DNA of 64,000 bases from Polyangiaceae bacterium (GCA_044376115.1 JBILLK010000014.1:64001-128000), one strand, 5' to 3'; shown: positions 19,194 through 30,221, counted from the first letter of the stretch. Translations and numbers: made by a program. Notes: generated from the sequence alone by a model not told the origin.

Positions 19194-21059
19194 TCAGCGA
19201 ATCGGCGGTGGTTCGTAGATGACTTCCACGTCGGCGCCGCCAACGAGTGCGTATGAACCTGCCGAGCCGTAGCCATACGCAACAACGCCCACGCGTTCTG
19301 CAGACGTTATTGAGTGAACGCCGGTAGCAACAGGGCATTCTCGCGTTTCGTAAGCGACTGAGCCAACCATTCCAGCGGGCTCAACGTAACAGGAGGCCGT
19401 GGATCCACCGTCGAGAGTAACCTCCACACCAACTGGCACGGAGATTACCACGTAGTTCTGCGTCCAATTGGGCGGCGTGAGGATGAGGTAGTCCGAGCGG
19501 TACTGTTCTATCGGGGGGAAGATGGTCAGCGCCGGGTCTCCAAGCGACGGCCCATCCACGTAGCCCTGACTCACGAGCAACTGGCCAAGGATGAACGGCT
19601 TATCTCCCGTCGCCGTGAAGTTGTTCTGCGTCCAGGTGGTCTTCACTTCACCGGGTTGAAGCGTAAATTGATTGAAGGGCGCAGGAAGGCTCGTCGTGAT
19701 GTTGGCTGTCTCGGCCGCGCCAACAAAGCGAATCACGTCGGGCTCGCGGAATGAGGACGTTGAACGTACCGGGCTGCGATTGATGACGTAGTTTTTACCA
19801 ACCGACTCAAGCGGGAAGAGCTGGTCCTCGAGATGGTCCAGACAACAGTTACCGTTGTCGGAGGTCCACCCTGGCGGTTGCGGGACCTCGAGCCAGCCCG
19901 GAGCGCCGGTTGACTCGACCCCGGTGAATACGGCCACGGGCTTGTCCGAAGTCACAGCCGTGCCGCTGAGGTCGGCAACGGTCTGCACGTCATCGGCTGT
20001 CGTGCCATCGTCGGTCTCGAGGTTGAGCACGTCAAACGGCCCGAGGGTCACCGTGATTTCGCCACCAGCGGGAGTTGCATCAATGGGAGGGTTGCCCTTG
20101 ATCCTCCAGCTCGGATTGACGATTACGGTGGTGCCAGGCTCTGTGCCGACCACCGTTACGTAGGAACGGTCCAGCGGCAGATCGAAGCCGCCGAAATCAA
20201 GCTTGATTGGATGACCTGCGTTCCAACCGAGGACCCGGTATTTGGTGCCCAGCGCCTTCGTCGGAAGGAGCAGCGAGGCGTCATTGGAGTAGGTGTTCTC
20301 GAAGACGTTGAACTGATAGGCAATGATCGGTGCCGAAGCGGTAATGCGGAATGCTCTCGAGGAGAGGCATGTCCCCGGTGACGCATAGTCATTAGGCATC
20401 GTGCCGCAGTCGAGCTCTCGCGTTGGCATGTTGAGCGCCAACAGCGACTGCGGCGGGACCGTCTCCTGCGCTACGACCGTGAGTTGCTGCGGCTCACCGT
20501 AGGGAGCCTCATTGATCTCGATGGTGATGTTCGCCGCGACGTTGCCGGTGTTCGAAAAAGCGAGCCCCCACGGCTCTGAAGCCGGGTCATTGAAGCCGTC
20601 TTGCTGATCCAGGTCGACGGCCCAAAACTGGCAACCAACGTTAGAGGGCGAATCTGCGGCGATCTCACAGGCGGTCTTGCAGACGCCATTGTCACAGGTC
20701 AAACCCGCATTGACGTCGCAGGTCTCTACGAGAGGACCGTTCGGCGTCCCATCCTCGGAGCACTGGTGCACCTCATTGCCTACACAACCCGTTTCACCTG
20801 GGATGCACTCAACGCAGCCAGCTCCAGGCGCACATTGCTGGGGACAGGGAATCGGTTCACCAGGAGTGCCATCGGGGTTGCAGGGCGTGTACGCGTCCCC
20901 GAAGCAGCTGTCACAAATCGCGATTGAGCCACCGCCTCCGCCCAGGCCCGTGGCCCCGGTACCGCTGCCCGCAGTGCCACCGTTCCCATCAGGGTCGTTC
21001 CCTGCCGAACAAGCGGCGGCCAGGATGAATGCAACTACGGGTGAGTAAGGCAAGCGCAT
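19194..21059 (-). CDS. IgGFc-binding protein-like lipoprotein
   Basis: Lipobox AAAC, SNVGCQFWAVDL, YQFN..SNDASLLLP, DHLEDQLFP and YGYGSAGSY. Confidence 0.85.
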   Translation of the reverse strand: MRLPYSPVVAFILAAACSAGNDPDGNGGTAGSGTGATGLGGGGGSIAICDSCFGDAYTPCNPDGTPGEPIPCPQQCAPGAGCVECIPGETGCVGNEVHQCSEDGTPNGPLVETCDVNAGLTCDNGVCKTACEIAADSPSNVGCQFWAVDLDQQDGFNDPASEPWGLAFSNTGNVAANITIEINEAPYGEPQQLTVVAQETVPPQSLLALNMPTRELDCGTMPNDYASPGTCLSSRAFRITASAPIIAYQFNVFENTYSNDASLLLPTKALGTKYRVLGWNAGHPIKLDFGGFDLPLDRSYVTVVGTEPGTTVIVNPSWRIKGNPPIDATPAGGEITVTLGPFDVLNLETDDGTTADDVQTVADLSGTAVTSDKPVAVFTGVESTGAPGWLEVPQPPGWTSDNGNCCLDHLEDQLFPLESVGKNYVINRSPVRSTSSFREPDVIRFVGAAETANITTSLPAPFNQFTLQPGEVKTTWTQNNFTATGDKPFILGQLLVSQGYVDGPSLGDPALTIFPPIEQYRSDYLILTPPNWTQNYVVISVPVGVEVTLDGGSTASCYVEPAGMVGSVAYETRECPVATGVHSITSAERVGVVAYGYGSAGSYALVGGADVEVIYEPPPIR

Positions 21060-21241
21060 CAGTTCCTCCAAGGCTCCAGAATCGCGTGAAAAGCCTTACT
21101 GCACTGCGGCCTCGCGGCAAGGCTCTTTGCGTCTTCCGTGAGCGGTTTAGCCCACGAGGCGCCGCGTGAGCGATTCAGGCCCTCCGCTTTCAAGCATGGC
21201 GGCAAGCCTCGACCAACGTATTGCTGCTACGCTCGCCGCGA

Positions 21242-22480
21242 GTGCCGACGAACGAGGTAGCTGAGGAGCCTGAGGGGACTCTACTTTGTGGTCGCTACGA
21301 GCTCGGTCCAGTGCTTGGCAAGGGTGGGATGGCGACGGTCCATCGAGGATGGGACCGTCAACTCCAACGCACGGTTGCGATCAAGCTACTTTCAGATCCA
21401 AGTCAGTCGGAGCGCTTTTTGTCAGAGGGCAGGCGCACGGCGAAGATCAAACACTCAAGCGTCGTTTCTATCTTCGATACTGGGCAAGACCGCACGTCCT
21501 CCTTCATGGTGATGGAGCTCTTGGAGGGCGAGACCCTGGAACGCCGACTTGCGCGCGACGGCGCGCTGCCTGTCGCAGAGGTTGCGCGCATCGGTGCCAG
21601 CGTCTGCGAAGCGCTTGCTGCGGCGCATGAACTGGGGATCGTTCACCGGGACATCAAGCCAGCCAACGTCTTCCTAGTCACCAATGACGCAGCGCAGCCA
21701 GACGTGAAGGTGCTCGACTTTGGCGTAGCAAAACAGATCGACAGCTCTACCTTGGAGACCGACCCTGGCGTGCTCGTGGGGACCTTTATCACCATGTCGC
21801 CGGAGCAGATCCGCGGCGAAGCACTCGATGGCCGGTCAGACCTCTATTCGTTGGGGATAACGCTCTACCGCGCAGCTAGCGGCCGCTGGCCCTTCAAGCA
21901 AGACACCGTGGCTGGGCTGCTCTTTGCGCATATCAGCGTAAAGCCAAGCCCATTGCCGGGTAGCGACGCGAGCCCCGAGTTCTCGCGACTTTCGCTCCTA
22001 CTCGAAAGGCTACTTGCAAAACAGCGTTCGGACCGACCCAATGACGCCAAGACGGCGCGAACGGAACTGCTGGGTCTCTTCGACGCAGAACCGCCTGCCG
22101 CCGAGGCTGGGCCGGAGCTGCCACCCGTGCCAAACCTGGCGTGGGAGACGCGCAATGAACTCGCCTTGGAAGTCGCTGCTTCCAACCCCACGCTAGGCGA
22201 GCTTGCGCCCACGCTCGAGGTGGATCGTGGGCGCCAGTCCGAGAAAGCACAAACGCTGTATCAACCAGGGCTTCTGCATGGAGAGGGGCGAACCTCCCGA
22301 AATCCCAGCCTGCTTGCGTCCGTACCGCCGGGAATCGCCAAACGAGTAGCCGCCTATCCTGCGCTTTTGTTGGTGCTGCTCCTCGCCCTCTTTCGTGTCT
22401 CCACGTGGGTGCTGGTGGCGCTTGGCTTGATTTCGCTCTTTGGGCTCGTCGCGTACCTTGCCGGCTCGCGCGAGAGCTAA
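21242..22480 (+). CDS. Ser/Thr protein kinase with C-terminal TM segments
   Basis: LGKGGMATV, VAIK, HRDIKPAN, DFG, MSPEQ and DLYSLG. Start uncertain (21221 or 21242). Confidence 0.92.
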   Translation: MPTNEVAEEPEGTLLCGRYELGPVLGKGGMATVHRGWDRQLQRTVAIKLLSDPSQSERFLSEGRRTAKIKHSSVVSIFDTGQDRTSSFMVMELLEGETLERRLARDGALPVAEVARIGASVCEALAAAHELGIVHRDIKPANVFLVTNDAAQPDVKVLDFGVAKQIDSSTLETDPGVLVGTFITMSPEQIRGEALDGRSDLYSLGITLYRAASGRWPFKQDTVAGLLFAHISVKPSPLPGSDASPEFSRLSLLLERLLAKQRSDRPNDAKTARTELLGLFDAEPPAAEAGPELPPVPNLAWETRNELALEVAASNPTLGELAPTLEVDRGRQSEKAQTLYQPGLLHGEGRTSRNPSLLASVPPGIAKRVAAYPALLLVLLLALFRVSTWVLVALGLISLFGLVAYLAGSRES

Positions 22481-23796
22481 CGTGGTGCTCGCAAACCGTA
22501 GCGTTTGAGCAACGCGATCAAATATGGCCTATCCATCTGGGCCCGTCGGGCAGCCTCCGACACGTTGTCTGAGGAGGCAGCCAGCAGCGCGGACAGGTAG
22601 TTGCGCTCGAAAGCGGCGACGGCCTCGGCCTTAGCGTCACGATACCGCACTGTCTCGGAAGTGGTCGATGAGGGAGGGTTGGCCGTCACTAGGTCCGCTC
22701 TATCGGTCAATCCAAGTTCACTTGCACCAAACGAAACCACGCGTTCGACCATCGCTCGCAGCTCGCGCGCATTGCCCGGCCAACTTCGCGCCGCGAGCAC
22801 GGCAACGACCTCCTCATCCAACGCACCAGGATCACCAGTAAGGTCCCGCACGAAGTAACGGGCAAGAGGCGCAATATCCTCCTTGCGCTCCCGCAGCGGA
22901 GGCAGCCAAAGGCTCGCTCCGGCCAATCGATAATAGAGGTCGGCGCGAAACGTCCCGCGATTGACCTCATAACGAAGGTCGCGATTGGTCGCACTCAGCA
23001 CGCGAACGTCGACGCTCTGGTCTCGCTCCGCGCCAACTCGTCGAAACCGCTTCCGTTCGAGTACCCCGAGCAAAGCGGCCTGCGCAGGCGCCGGGAGCTC
23101 GCCTATCTCGTCCAGGAAGATGCAGCCGCCGTCTGCCCGTTCAAACGCTCCAGCACGCGCCCGCTCTGCCCCAGTGTACGCGCCGCGTTCATGACCGAAC
23201 AGCTCAGCCTCGAGCAACGTCGACGGCAGCGCGCCACAATCGACCACCACCAACGGACCTGCGCGACGCGGCCCGAGTTCATGGAGCGCCCGAGCGATCA
23301 GCTCTTTACCGGTGCCGGTCTCGCCGGAGATCAACACTGGCGAGTTCGCCGAGGCGAGGGCATGGGTGCGCCGAACGACCTCTCGCATAGCGTCGCTGGC
23401 GAACACCATCCCCGGCAACTCCAAGGTGGTCGCTGCGCTATGCAACTGCGAGCCAGCTGCATCGACCACGATCACGGTATTCCCAAGGCGCAGTTGAGTG
23501 CCTCGCGGCAGAAACGCTGACTCGAGCCGGACGCTGCCGAGATACGTACCGTTGGTGCTACCCAAGTCCGTTAGGTGCAGGCCTCCCTTTGTTGGCGCAA
23601 TCTCCAGGTGATAGCGACTCACCGTTGGGTCCGTAAGCGTCAGCGAGTTACCGTCAGCGCTGCCAACGCTCGCGCACTCGCCACCGGCTAGTTCAAGGAG
23701 CCGACCAGCGTCAGGGCCGCGCGCGACGGCGATGGTAACGGCAGAGATTGCGTCCAGCGTCCGCTGGCTACCGCCGATGCGCGTCGAGTCATCCAT
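22477..23796 (-). CDS. FHA-sigma54 enhancer-binding protein
   Basis: [31 protein letters not shown] and WPGNAREL. Confidence 0.93.
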   Translation of the reverse strand: MDDSTRIGGSQRTLDAISAVTIAVARGPDAGRLLELAGGECASVGSADGNSLTLTDPTVSRYHLEIAPTKGGLHLTDLGSTNGTYLGSVRLESAFLPRGTQLRLGNTVIVVDAAGSQLHSAATTLELPGMVFASDAMREVVRRTHALASANSPVLISGETGTGKELIARALHELGPRRAGPLVVVDCGALPSTLLEAELFGHERGAYTGAERARAGAFERADGGCIFLDEIGELPAPAQAALLGVLERKRFRRVGAERDQSVDVRVLSATNRDLRYEVNRGTFRADLYYRLAGASLWLPPLRERKEDIAPLARYFVRDLTGDPGALDEEVVAVLAARSWPGNARELRAMVERVVSFGASELGLTDRADLVTANPPSSTTSETVRYRDAKAEAVAAFERNYLSALLAASSDNVSEAARRAQMDRPYLIALLKRYGLRAPR

Positions 23797-23798
23797 CG

Positions 23799-24419
23799 CT
23801 AGAGATTAGCGCCAGGCTGCCGCTTGATTCCGTGTTTCGCCATCGCGCGGTTGAGAGTGATTCCGCTTGGGTCGAAGCCCTCCATCACCTCGTCACCGAC
23901 CACGAACGTGGGCACTACGAGCCGCGCGTTGAGGTATTCCATCTCCGCTACAGCCGTTGGGTCCGAGTCGATTGGACGAGCCACGTAGGGAATACCCTGT
24001 GCGTCCATATGCTGCTTAGCGAGCGAGCAAGCCCCGCACCCTTGCATCGTGTAAACCACGAGCTGCCCCGGATAGCGTTGCGAGATGGTGGTGGCGGCAA
24101 GCTTGCTGAGCCTTTCTGCACGCGTTGAACGCCAATAGCCAAAGCCCGCGAGGCTGAGTAGCGCGATGAAAGCAGCTAGGGCGGTGATCCACCTCCTGCG
24201 CGCCAGGCGAGCCGCCGCGACGGTGCGCTCATGCGAGCACTGGGCACAGTCACCGCTGGCATCCATCGGGAGACCGTGAGTCACGCATGTTCGGAACGAA
24301 GAGGCTGGAAAGCCGGAGAAGCTGCGAGCGGGCGCGGCCAACGGGGCTGCGTGCGCAGCCTGGCCATCCACTTCAAGCAGCAGGGGAGACTCTTCACTCG
24401 GGGCTTCGATCATCCGCAT
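23799..24419 (-). CDS. Membrane-anchored glutaredoxin-domain protein
   Basis: VYTMQGCGACSLAK, VPTFVVG and GFDP, preceded by a TM helix and CxxH..CxxC. Start uncertain. Confidence 0.75.
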   Translation of the reverse strand: MRMIEAPSEESPLLLEVDGQAAHAAPLAAPARSFSGFPASSFRTCVTHGLPMDASGDCAQCSHERTVAAARLARRRWITALAAFIALLSLAGFGYWRSTRAERLSKLAATTISQRYPGQLVVYTMQGCGACSLAKQHMDAQGIPYVARPIDSDPTAVAEMEYLNARLVVPTFVVGDEVMEGFDPSGITLNRAMAKHGIKRQPGANL

Positions 24420-24534
24420 AAGCGGCCTTTCGCAACATTCGAGCCATCTGGTCGATACGAATTTGTAGTCAGATTCACGGGGCAAGCTGTTGGTAGCGGC
24501 CACCCTGTTGGCTCGCCCCAACAGGGTGGGCCGA

Positions 24535-26049
24535 TCATCCCGGCGCAATAATCAGCGTTCTTGGTTGCACCTCCAGGTGCCCGTTGAGCAACGCGTGGGC
24601 AACCTGCTTGGCCAAGGCCTGGGGTGATTCGGTTGAGGCGCCGGCCGCAAGGTGACGATCGATCGCTGCACGGACCGTGGCGGGTTGACTGAATCGCGCG
24701 TAGAGCGCCATCAATTCGCTCGTTACCTCGATCGGGCCGAGCATCGCCTCAGGCGCCAACTCGAGGCGAACGCTGCTCCCCATATCGAACGAGGTTGCAC
24801 CCTCTGGCAAGCAAACGATCGAATCGAGCAGCGAGTCGATCGAGCGCACGGCCTCCCGCGCGAGGAGCATAGCGTCGAGGCGCCGCGAGTTCGCGGTGGC
24901 GATCGTATTTCCGCGTAAGACCTCGAAGCGCGGGCGGCGATCGTCCACGCGGCGTAGGACCACGAGCGAAGGCACGAGCTCGTCGATGCCCATCGTGACG
25001 CCGTGGTTGAGTCTGCGCGTCGCTTCGCGTTCGTAAGCGTCACCAAGCGTCGGGTGAAGCGCCGCCGAATACTCAGCAGCATGGACCTCCATCCGAACGG
25101 GCGCGTACTCGAACAGCATCACGTCGGCAGGGACGTTCGGCAGCTGCTTCTTCACGCGCTCGCCCGGCGCTGCATGGCGAGGTCCATGCCCCCACTCGGC
25201 GACGATCACGGCTCGACCGCCAGGCACGAGATGGTCGGGCAGCGCGTCCAAGAGCGAAAGCACGAGCTCGTCGCCGAGCTTACCGCCGCTCATGAAGTCA
25301 CCGCTGCGCGCATCGTCGGACTGCGGAATGAACGGAGGTTGTGAGGCGACCAGGTCGAAGCGGTCGCGAGCGACTGGCTCGAACAAGCTCCCGAGGCGAA
25401 CGTCGACGTTGCTCACGCCGTTGAACCGGGCGTTGAACCGAGTCATCGCCACCGCGCGCGGGTTGATGTCGGTAGCGATCACGCTCACCGTGCGACGAGC
25501 GAGCAGTAAGGCGACCACGCCCGCACCACACCCGAGGTCCAATGCCTTGCCAAGAGCGCCAGCGGGCTTGACCGCAGCGCAAAGCGGAATGGTCAAAGGG
25601 CCGAGCCCCATCACCGCTTCACCAGCGTGCTCGAGCAAGTCGGCTATACAGAAGAGGCCGTCCACGACCGACATGGTGAAGGGCGAGACGAAGCCCGCAC
25701 CGACCTCACGGATCAGCCCGCTTGCGACGAGCGGCGCTGCGAGTTCGCCGAACGTCTGACGAAGTTCAGCGTGCTCGATCGGGTCGCCAAACATGAGCGC
25801 GCGCGCCGCGTAGGCGTACGGCTCGGCGAGCGCTCGGAGGTGATGGTGGAGCACCGGCCGACGAAGCAGCGGGTGCACGCCGCGCGCCGCCCCGAGGATT
25901 GGCTCGATCGCGCCCGCAGTCAGCCCGACCGCCGCAAGGCGCGCCTTGAGCTTGACCAAAATGGTGTCGTCGAGAGCGTCGATGGGAGAAAAATCGGGCA
26001 GGGTCACGGCAGCATCGTCGCGCGAAGCACTGCAAGGTTGCAATGACAT
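24535..26049 (-). CDS. Class I SAM-dependent methyltransferase (MTS/HemK-like)
   Basis: ALDLGCGAG, TDINPRA, GSLFEPV and FDLVASQPPF. Confidence 0.85.
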   Translation of the reverse strand: MSLQPCSASRDDAAVTLPDFSPIDALDDTILVKLKARLAAVGLTAGAIEPILGAARGVHPLLRRPVLHHHLRALAEPYAYAARALMFGDPIEHAELRQTFGELAAPLVASGLIREVGAGFVSPFTMSVVDGLFCIADLLEHAGEAVMGLGPLTIPLCAAVKPAGALGKALDLGCGAGVVALLLARRTVSVIATDINPRAVAMTRFNARFNGVSNVDVRLGSLFEPVARDRFDLVASQPPFIPQSDDARSGDFMSGGKLGDELVLSLLDALPDHLVPGGRAVIVAEWGHGPRHAAPGERVKKQLPNVPADVMLFEYAPVRMEVHAAEYSAALHPTLGDAYEREATRRLNHGVTMGIDELVPSLVVLRRVDDRRPRFEVLRGNTIATANSRRLDAMLLAREAVRSIDSLLDSIVCLPEGATSFDMGSSVRLELAPEAMLGPIEVTSELMALYARFSQPATVRAAIDRHLAAGASTESPQALAKQVAHALLNGHLEVQPRTLIIAPG

Positions 26050-26240
26050 GCTTGTGCGATCGAGCGCGCGTCTTGTCGTTCGGGCCTACTTCATAAGCGG
26101 GCTCCGCATTGCGCGTTTGCAAGGCCGCATTGCGATTCCGAAAGCCTCGATTTGATTCACCCTTTTCGAGCTGCGGGGTCCAATCCTCCAATTGCTGGCG
26201 GTCGCATTTACTGCCAACGTCGGGTCTTTCCGGAGGAACG

Positions 26241-27989
26241 ATGAACCAACCCGCCCTGCACCGCGAACCACAAGAGGACATCACGCTGGTTGAGACTGCC
26301 GCACTCAAACCGGGGACCTTGGTCGCTGGAAAGTACGTGGTGGGACGCTTCGTCGGAGCGGGGGGGATGGCGCAAGTCTTCGAGGCTGTGAACCAAGACT
26401 TGGACGAGCGCGTCGCCCTCAAGGTGATGCGACCGAACTTCCGAGCTGACAGTGGCTTCACCGAAAAGTTCCGAGCGGAGGCCCGCGCAGCAGCGCGCAT
26501 TCGCAGCGAGAACGTGGCGCGCGTGTTCGACGTTGTCTCCACCGACGATGGAGATCCGGTGATCGTGATGGAGTACCTCGACGGTGAAGACCTGCGTTCC
26601 TGGACGCAGACCAATGGAGGCCCGTCACTCGAGGTAGCAGCGGGCTGGGTGATCGAAGCCTGCTCTGGTCTCGCAGTGGCGCACGCCAACGGCATCGTGC
26701 ATCGCGATGTGAAGCCTGAGAACCTGTTCTTGGCTGATGAGATTGGGGGGCGCACCGTCGTCAAGCTGCTCGATTTCGGTATCTCGCGAGCTGCACTTGC
26801 ACACAACCCGATGAAGCCGGGCTCGGGTCAGCACGGGAACTTTCGCCTGCTCGGAACGCCGAGCTACATGGCGCCAGAACAAATCACCTCTTCCCGCGCA
26901 GCGGACTGCCGCTTGGATGTGTGGTCGGTGGGAGTCCTGCTGTTCGAGCTGTTTGCGGGGATTACGCCCTTCGAGAAAGAAACGCCGGAGGCGACGTGCA
27001 TGGCGATCCTCAACGGCGACCGTCGGGATCTAAGGGTTCTTTGCCCAACGTTGCCGATCGAGATGGTGGAGATCATCGAACGCTGCTTGTGCATCAAGCC
27101 GCAGGGCCGCTATCCGAGCGTGGCAGATCTTGCGGTCGACCTTCATCCGTTCGCACGTCCACAGGACAGAACCTCGGTCAGTCGAACCGTGCGTCTGCTG
27201 CGCTCCGCCGGCCTCACGGAGGCCTTGGAGCCCGCGAACAACAATGACGAGCCGCGACTCAGCGTCTCGGGCTCCCAGCCTGTAGCGGCCATCCCAAGTG
27301 CTCCGGCGCCGACGGCCTCCACCGGCCCTGGCGGTTCTGCGAGCCCGAGTTCGGAATTGCCACACCCTGGAGCGCTCATGACGTCCTCTCCGCCGCTCAC
27401 CACCGTTTCAGCTCAACCGCCCGAGAAGAAGAGCCGGGGCGGACTGTTCGTGGGGCTCGCAGCCGTCGTCCTCCTGCTTGGCGCAGTTGGTTTCTTTGCG
27501 CTTCGCTCAAAGCCCGTGGAGAGTGCACAAGCGCCCGCGCCGGCGGCGGCGACCAGCGTTGCGGTGGAGGTCGTATCCGAGCCTGTTGGTGCGTCCATTT
27601 TGATCGACGGCATGGCAGTTGGTGAAGCGCCCTACCGAGCGAAGCTCCAACCCGGGAAACACGAAGTCACGCTTTCAATGAGCGGATACGAAAGCTCCAC
27701 GCGCATCGTTGAAGCTCGCCCCGACATCGAAGGGACGACGCTCAAGTTCGCGTTGAGGTCAGCCGGTGGGGTAGCCAAGCCGGAGCTCGCGTCCAAAACC
27801 AACGAGCAAGCCGAGCGTGAGAGTACAGCGCCCTCCGATTCGAAGAAGAAATCCAAGTCAGTTGCCGCAGCCGCAGCTGCAGCTGCGCCTGCCCCGGCCC
27901 CCGCGCCGCAGCAGACCAGCGCTCCGACTGCTCCACCGACGGTGAAGCTGATCACCGACGGGCCCTCTGCAGTGAAGGTCATTCAATGA
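26241..27989 (+). CDS. Ser/Thr kinase with TM helix and PEGA domain
   Basis: RBS GGAGG; GAGGMAQV, HRDVKPEN, DFG, GTPSYMAPEQ; TM helix; PEGA-like SEPVGASILIDG..G.AP...PGKHEV. Confidence 0.93.
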   Translation: MNQPALHREPQEDITLVETAALKPGTLVAGKYVVGRFVGAGGMAQVFEAVNQDLDERVALKVMRPNFRADSGFTEKFRAEARAAARIRSENVARVFDVVSTDDGDPVIVMEYLDGEDLRSWTQTNGGPSLEVAAGWVIEACSGLAVAHANGIVHRDVKPENLFLADEIGGRTVVKLLDFGISRAALAHNPMKPGSGQHGNFRLLGTPSYMAPEQITSSRAADCRLDVWSVGVLLFELFAGITPFEKETPEATCMAILNGDRRDLRVLCPTLPIEMVEIIERCLCIKPQGRYPSVADLAVDLHPFARPQDRTSVSRTVRLLRSAGLTEALEPANNNDEPRLSVSGSQPVAAIPSAPAPTASTGPGGSASPSSELPHPGALMTSSPPLTTVSAQPPEKKSRGGLFVGLAAVVLLLGAVGFFALRSKPVESAQAPAPAAATSVAVEVVSEPVGASILIDGMAVGEAPYRAKLQPGKHEVTLSMSGYESSTRIVEARPDIEGTTLKFALRSAGGVAKPELASKTNEQAERESTAPSDSKKKSKSVAAAAAAAAPAPAPAPQQTSAPTAPPTVKLITDGPSAVKVIQ

Positions 27990-28780
27990 GATACACAACC
28001 GCCTCGCTCGTCGCACTCTGTGGTGCCCTTGCAACCATCGCGCTGCCCACGGCCGCAGCGGCAGCGCCGCCGCCGCCCGCCGACGCCACCACCTTAGCGA
28101 ACGATGCGTTCGCCAAATACGAGGCCGGTGACTACGCCCAGGCCGTTGCGCTCTACATGCAGGCGTACGAGAAGTCAGTCGACGCTCGGATCCTGTTCAA
28201 TGTCGCTCAGATCTACGACAAGAAGGTTCAGGATCGAGACTTGGCAGTCGAGTACTACCGTCGCTACCTCAAGTCGACGACCACCGAAGCTGAGCTCGTT
28301 GCGACCTCGACGTCACGAATCACCGAGCTGCTACGCCAGCAAAATCAAATCGAGCCCCCTGCTCCCAAGCCCGCGCAACCGCCGACGCCAGTCGCGCCGG
28401 TTCCCGATCCCAAGCCAGCCGTTCAACCGGCGCCCGCGGTTGAAGCCGAGAGTCCGCCCTTCTTCATTGGCTGGATTGTCACGGGTGGCTTGTCTGCCGC
28501 AGCGTTAGTGACCGGCATTCTCGCGCTCGATGCATCCGGAGAGTTGTCCGCTGAAAGCTACAGCGGAGAGCCCAGCGAAGAAGCCAAGAGCCTAGAGTCC
28601 AGAACGCAGGTGCTCGCGGGGGTAACCGATGCGTTGATTGCCGGTGCTTTGGTCTCGGGCGCCGTCACCTTGATTTTGCAGCTCACGTACTCGCCGGATA
28701 GCCAGCCGGAAAAGGCTGTCTGGTTATCGCCGGCCGTGAGCCCCGACTTCGCAGGTGCAGTGCTCGGAGGAGCGTTTTGA
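27986..28780 (+). CDS. Tetratricopeptide repeat exported protein (myxobacterial type)
   Basis: Signal peptide and TPR (YEAGDYAQAV..ILFNVAQIY..AVEYYRRYL); ATGA overlap with the kinase stop. Confidence 0.8.
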   Translation: MRYTTASLVALCGALATIALPTAAAAAPPPPADATTLANDAFAKYEAGDYAQAVALYMQAYEKSVDARILFNVAQIYDKKVQDRDLAVEYYRRYLKSTTTEAELVATSTSRITELLRQQNQIEPPAPKPAQPPTPVAPVPDPKPAVQPAPAVEAESPPFFIGWIVTGGLSAAALVTGILALDASGELSAESYSGEPSEEAKSLESRTQVLAGVTDALIAGALVSGAVTLILQLTYSPDSQPEKAVWLSPAVSPDFAGAVLGGAF

Positions 28781-28781
28781 A

Positions 28782-30221
28782 ATGAGTGCCCACAAACTTC
28801 AACTCAAGCTTGCTTCCGTCACTCTTACTGGGCTGCTCGCGGCCTGCTCTCTCGTCGCAGACTCCGAACTCAAAAGCGGAGTGGGCGAAGGTTGTGTGGA
28901 GGCAGCGGAGTGCCAAGGTGAAGCAGCGGACTGCGTGGAAGGTCGCTGTGTACTTGCGTGTAGCGCTGCAGACGAGTGTCCAGCTGGGACGAGCTGCGCT
29001 GCCGAGGTCTGCGACATTTCCTTTAAAGTTGGCTTCGTTTACGACGGAAACCCAGTCAGTTCGGGGTTCTCACGAGCCCATGATGAAGGACGGTTGGCAG
29101 CCAAGGACGCTGTTCCTTGGCTGGACTTTGCGCTGGTTGCACAAGACATTCAGAAGGACCAAGAAGCCACGGCCATGGATCAACTCATTGCCGATGGCGC
29201 CGAGGTGATCTTCGTAACAACGACCCGCTTCAGCAGCGTTGCGCAAGAGCGTGCAGCAGCCAACCCGAACGTCCGCTTCTTGAATTTCGGTGTCCCGAGT
29301 TGGGATGGCGGGAACTTCTCTGGCTACGTCCCGCGCTATCACCAAGCTTGGTATCTATCCGGAGTAGCGCTCGCCTCCTTCGCGGCCTCGCTACCAGCGA
29401 GTGACACCAAACGCCACAACTTTGGCTTCATCGGAGCGCTGCCCGTTCCGGAGGTTATCGCGCAGCTCAACGCCTTTACGTTGGGCGCACGCTCGGTGGA
29501 TCCGGAAGCGAAAGTCGACGTGGTCTGGCTCGGTGGCTTCGTGCCTGCTGACGGGCAAGCGGAGGCGGCTGTCGACTATCTGCTCGAGGACGGCAACCGC
29601 TTCCTGGTCAACCGCATTGGCGCGCGTAACACCGCCGTAATCAACAAGCTTGAAGAGTTCAACAAGGCGAACGGCGACGATGAGACTTACGTCGCGGTTC
29701 TGGACAATGCTGACTGCACAAACCGTGGGGACTTTTGCCTTGGCGGTCCGACCTGGAACTGGGGCCCGCTCTACACGCGAATCGTGCAGGAGATTCAGCA
29801 CGGCACCTTCGACTCGGCGCTGCCCATTCGCGACTCGATCCAGAGCGACCCCAAGAGCAGCGTGGTCAACCTAACGCTGAACCCAGCACAGCAGGCATTC
29901 TCCGGAACGCTTCGCGATCAGCTTTCCCAAACCATCCAGAACCTCACGGAAGGTGGAGACAACACCTTTGCACCCAAGGGCTCACTCACGGTTTGCCCCA
30001 CGGATCCCGAGCAGCGCCCCGAAGGCTGCGTCAAGACGCGGGTCGAGGACGATGAGCTCAGCTCGATGTGCTGGCTCGTCGAAGGCGTCGTGCAACGAAA
30101 GGATCCGAATGCGCCCTTCGACGCGGCAGATAATCCTCTCGTCGAAGCCCGAACGCCTGAGGACGTACAATGGCCGCCGAGTAGCTTTGGCGGAACGCCC
30201 ATCTCCCTCAGCTGCAACTAA
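28782..30221 (+). CDS. BMP family substrate-binding lipoprotein with N-terminal Cys-rich module
   Basis: Lipobox LAAC; KVGFVY..GFSRAHDEG, YLSGV, GFIGA.P.PEV...NAF.LGA and WNWGPLY. Confidence 0.8.
   Translation: MSAHKLQLKLASVTLTGLLAACSLVADSELKSGVGEGCVEAAECQGEAADCVEGRCVLACSAADECPAGTSCAAEVCDISFKVGFVYDGNPVSSGFSRAHDEGRLAAKDAVPWLDFALVAQDIQKDQEATAMDQLIADGAEVIFVTTTRFSSVAQERAAANPNVRFLNFGVPSWDGGNFSGYVPRYHQAWYLSGVALASFAASLPASDTKRHNFGFIGALPVPEVIAQLNAFTLGARSVDPEAKVDVVWLGGFVPADGQAEAAVDYLLEDGNRFLVNRIGARNTAVINKLEEFNKANGDDETYVAVLDNADCTNRGDFCLGGPTWNWGPLYTRIVQEIQHGTFDSALPIRDSIQSDPKSSVVNLTLNPAQQAFSGTLRDQLSQTIQNLTEGGDNTFAPKGSLTVCPTDPEQRPEGCVKTRVEDDELSSMCWLVEGVVQRKDPNAPFDAADNPLVEARTPEDVQWPPSSFGGTPISLSCN

Noticed and set aside
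26195..26217. TGGC...TGC candidates for a sigma54 promoter, also seen at about 37292
   Set aside because: GG-to-GC spacing is not the required 10 nt.
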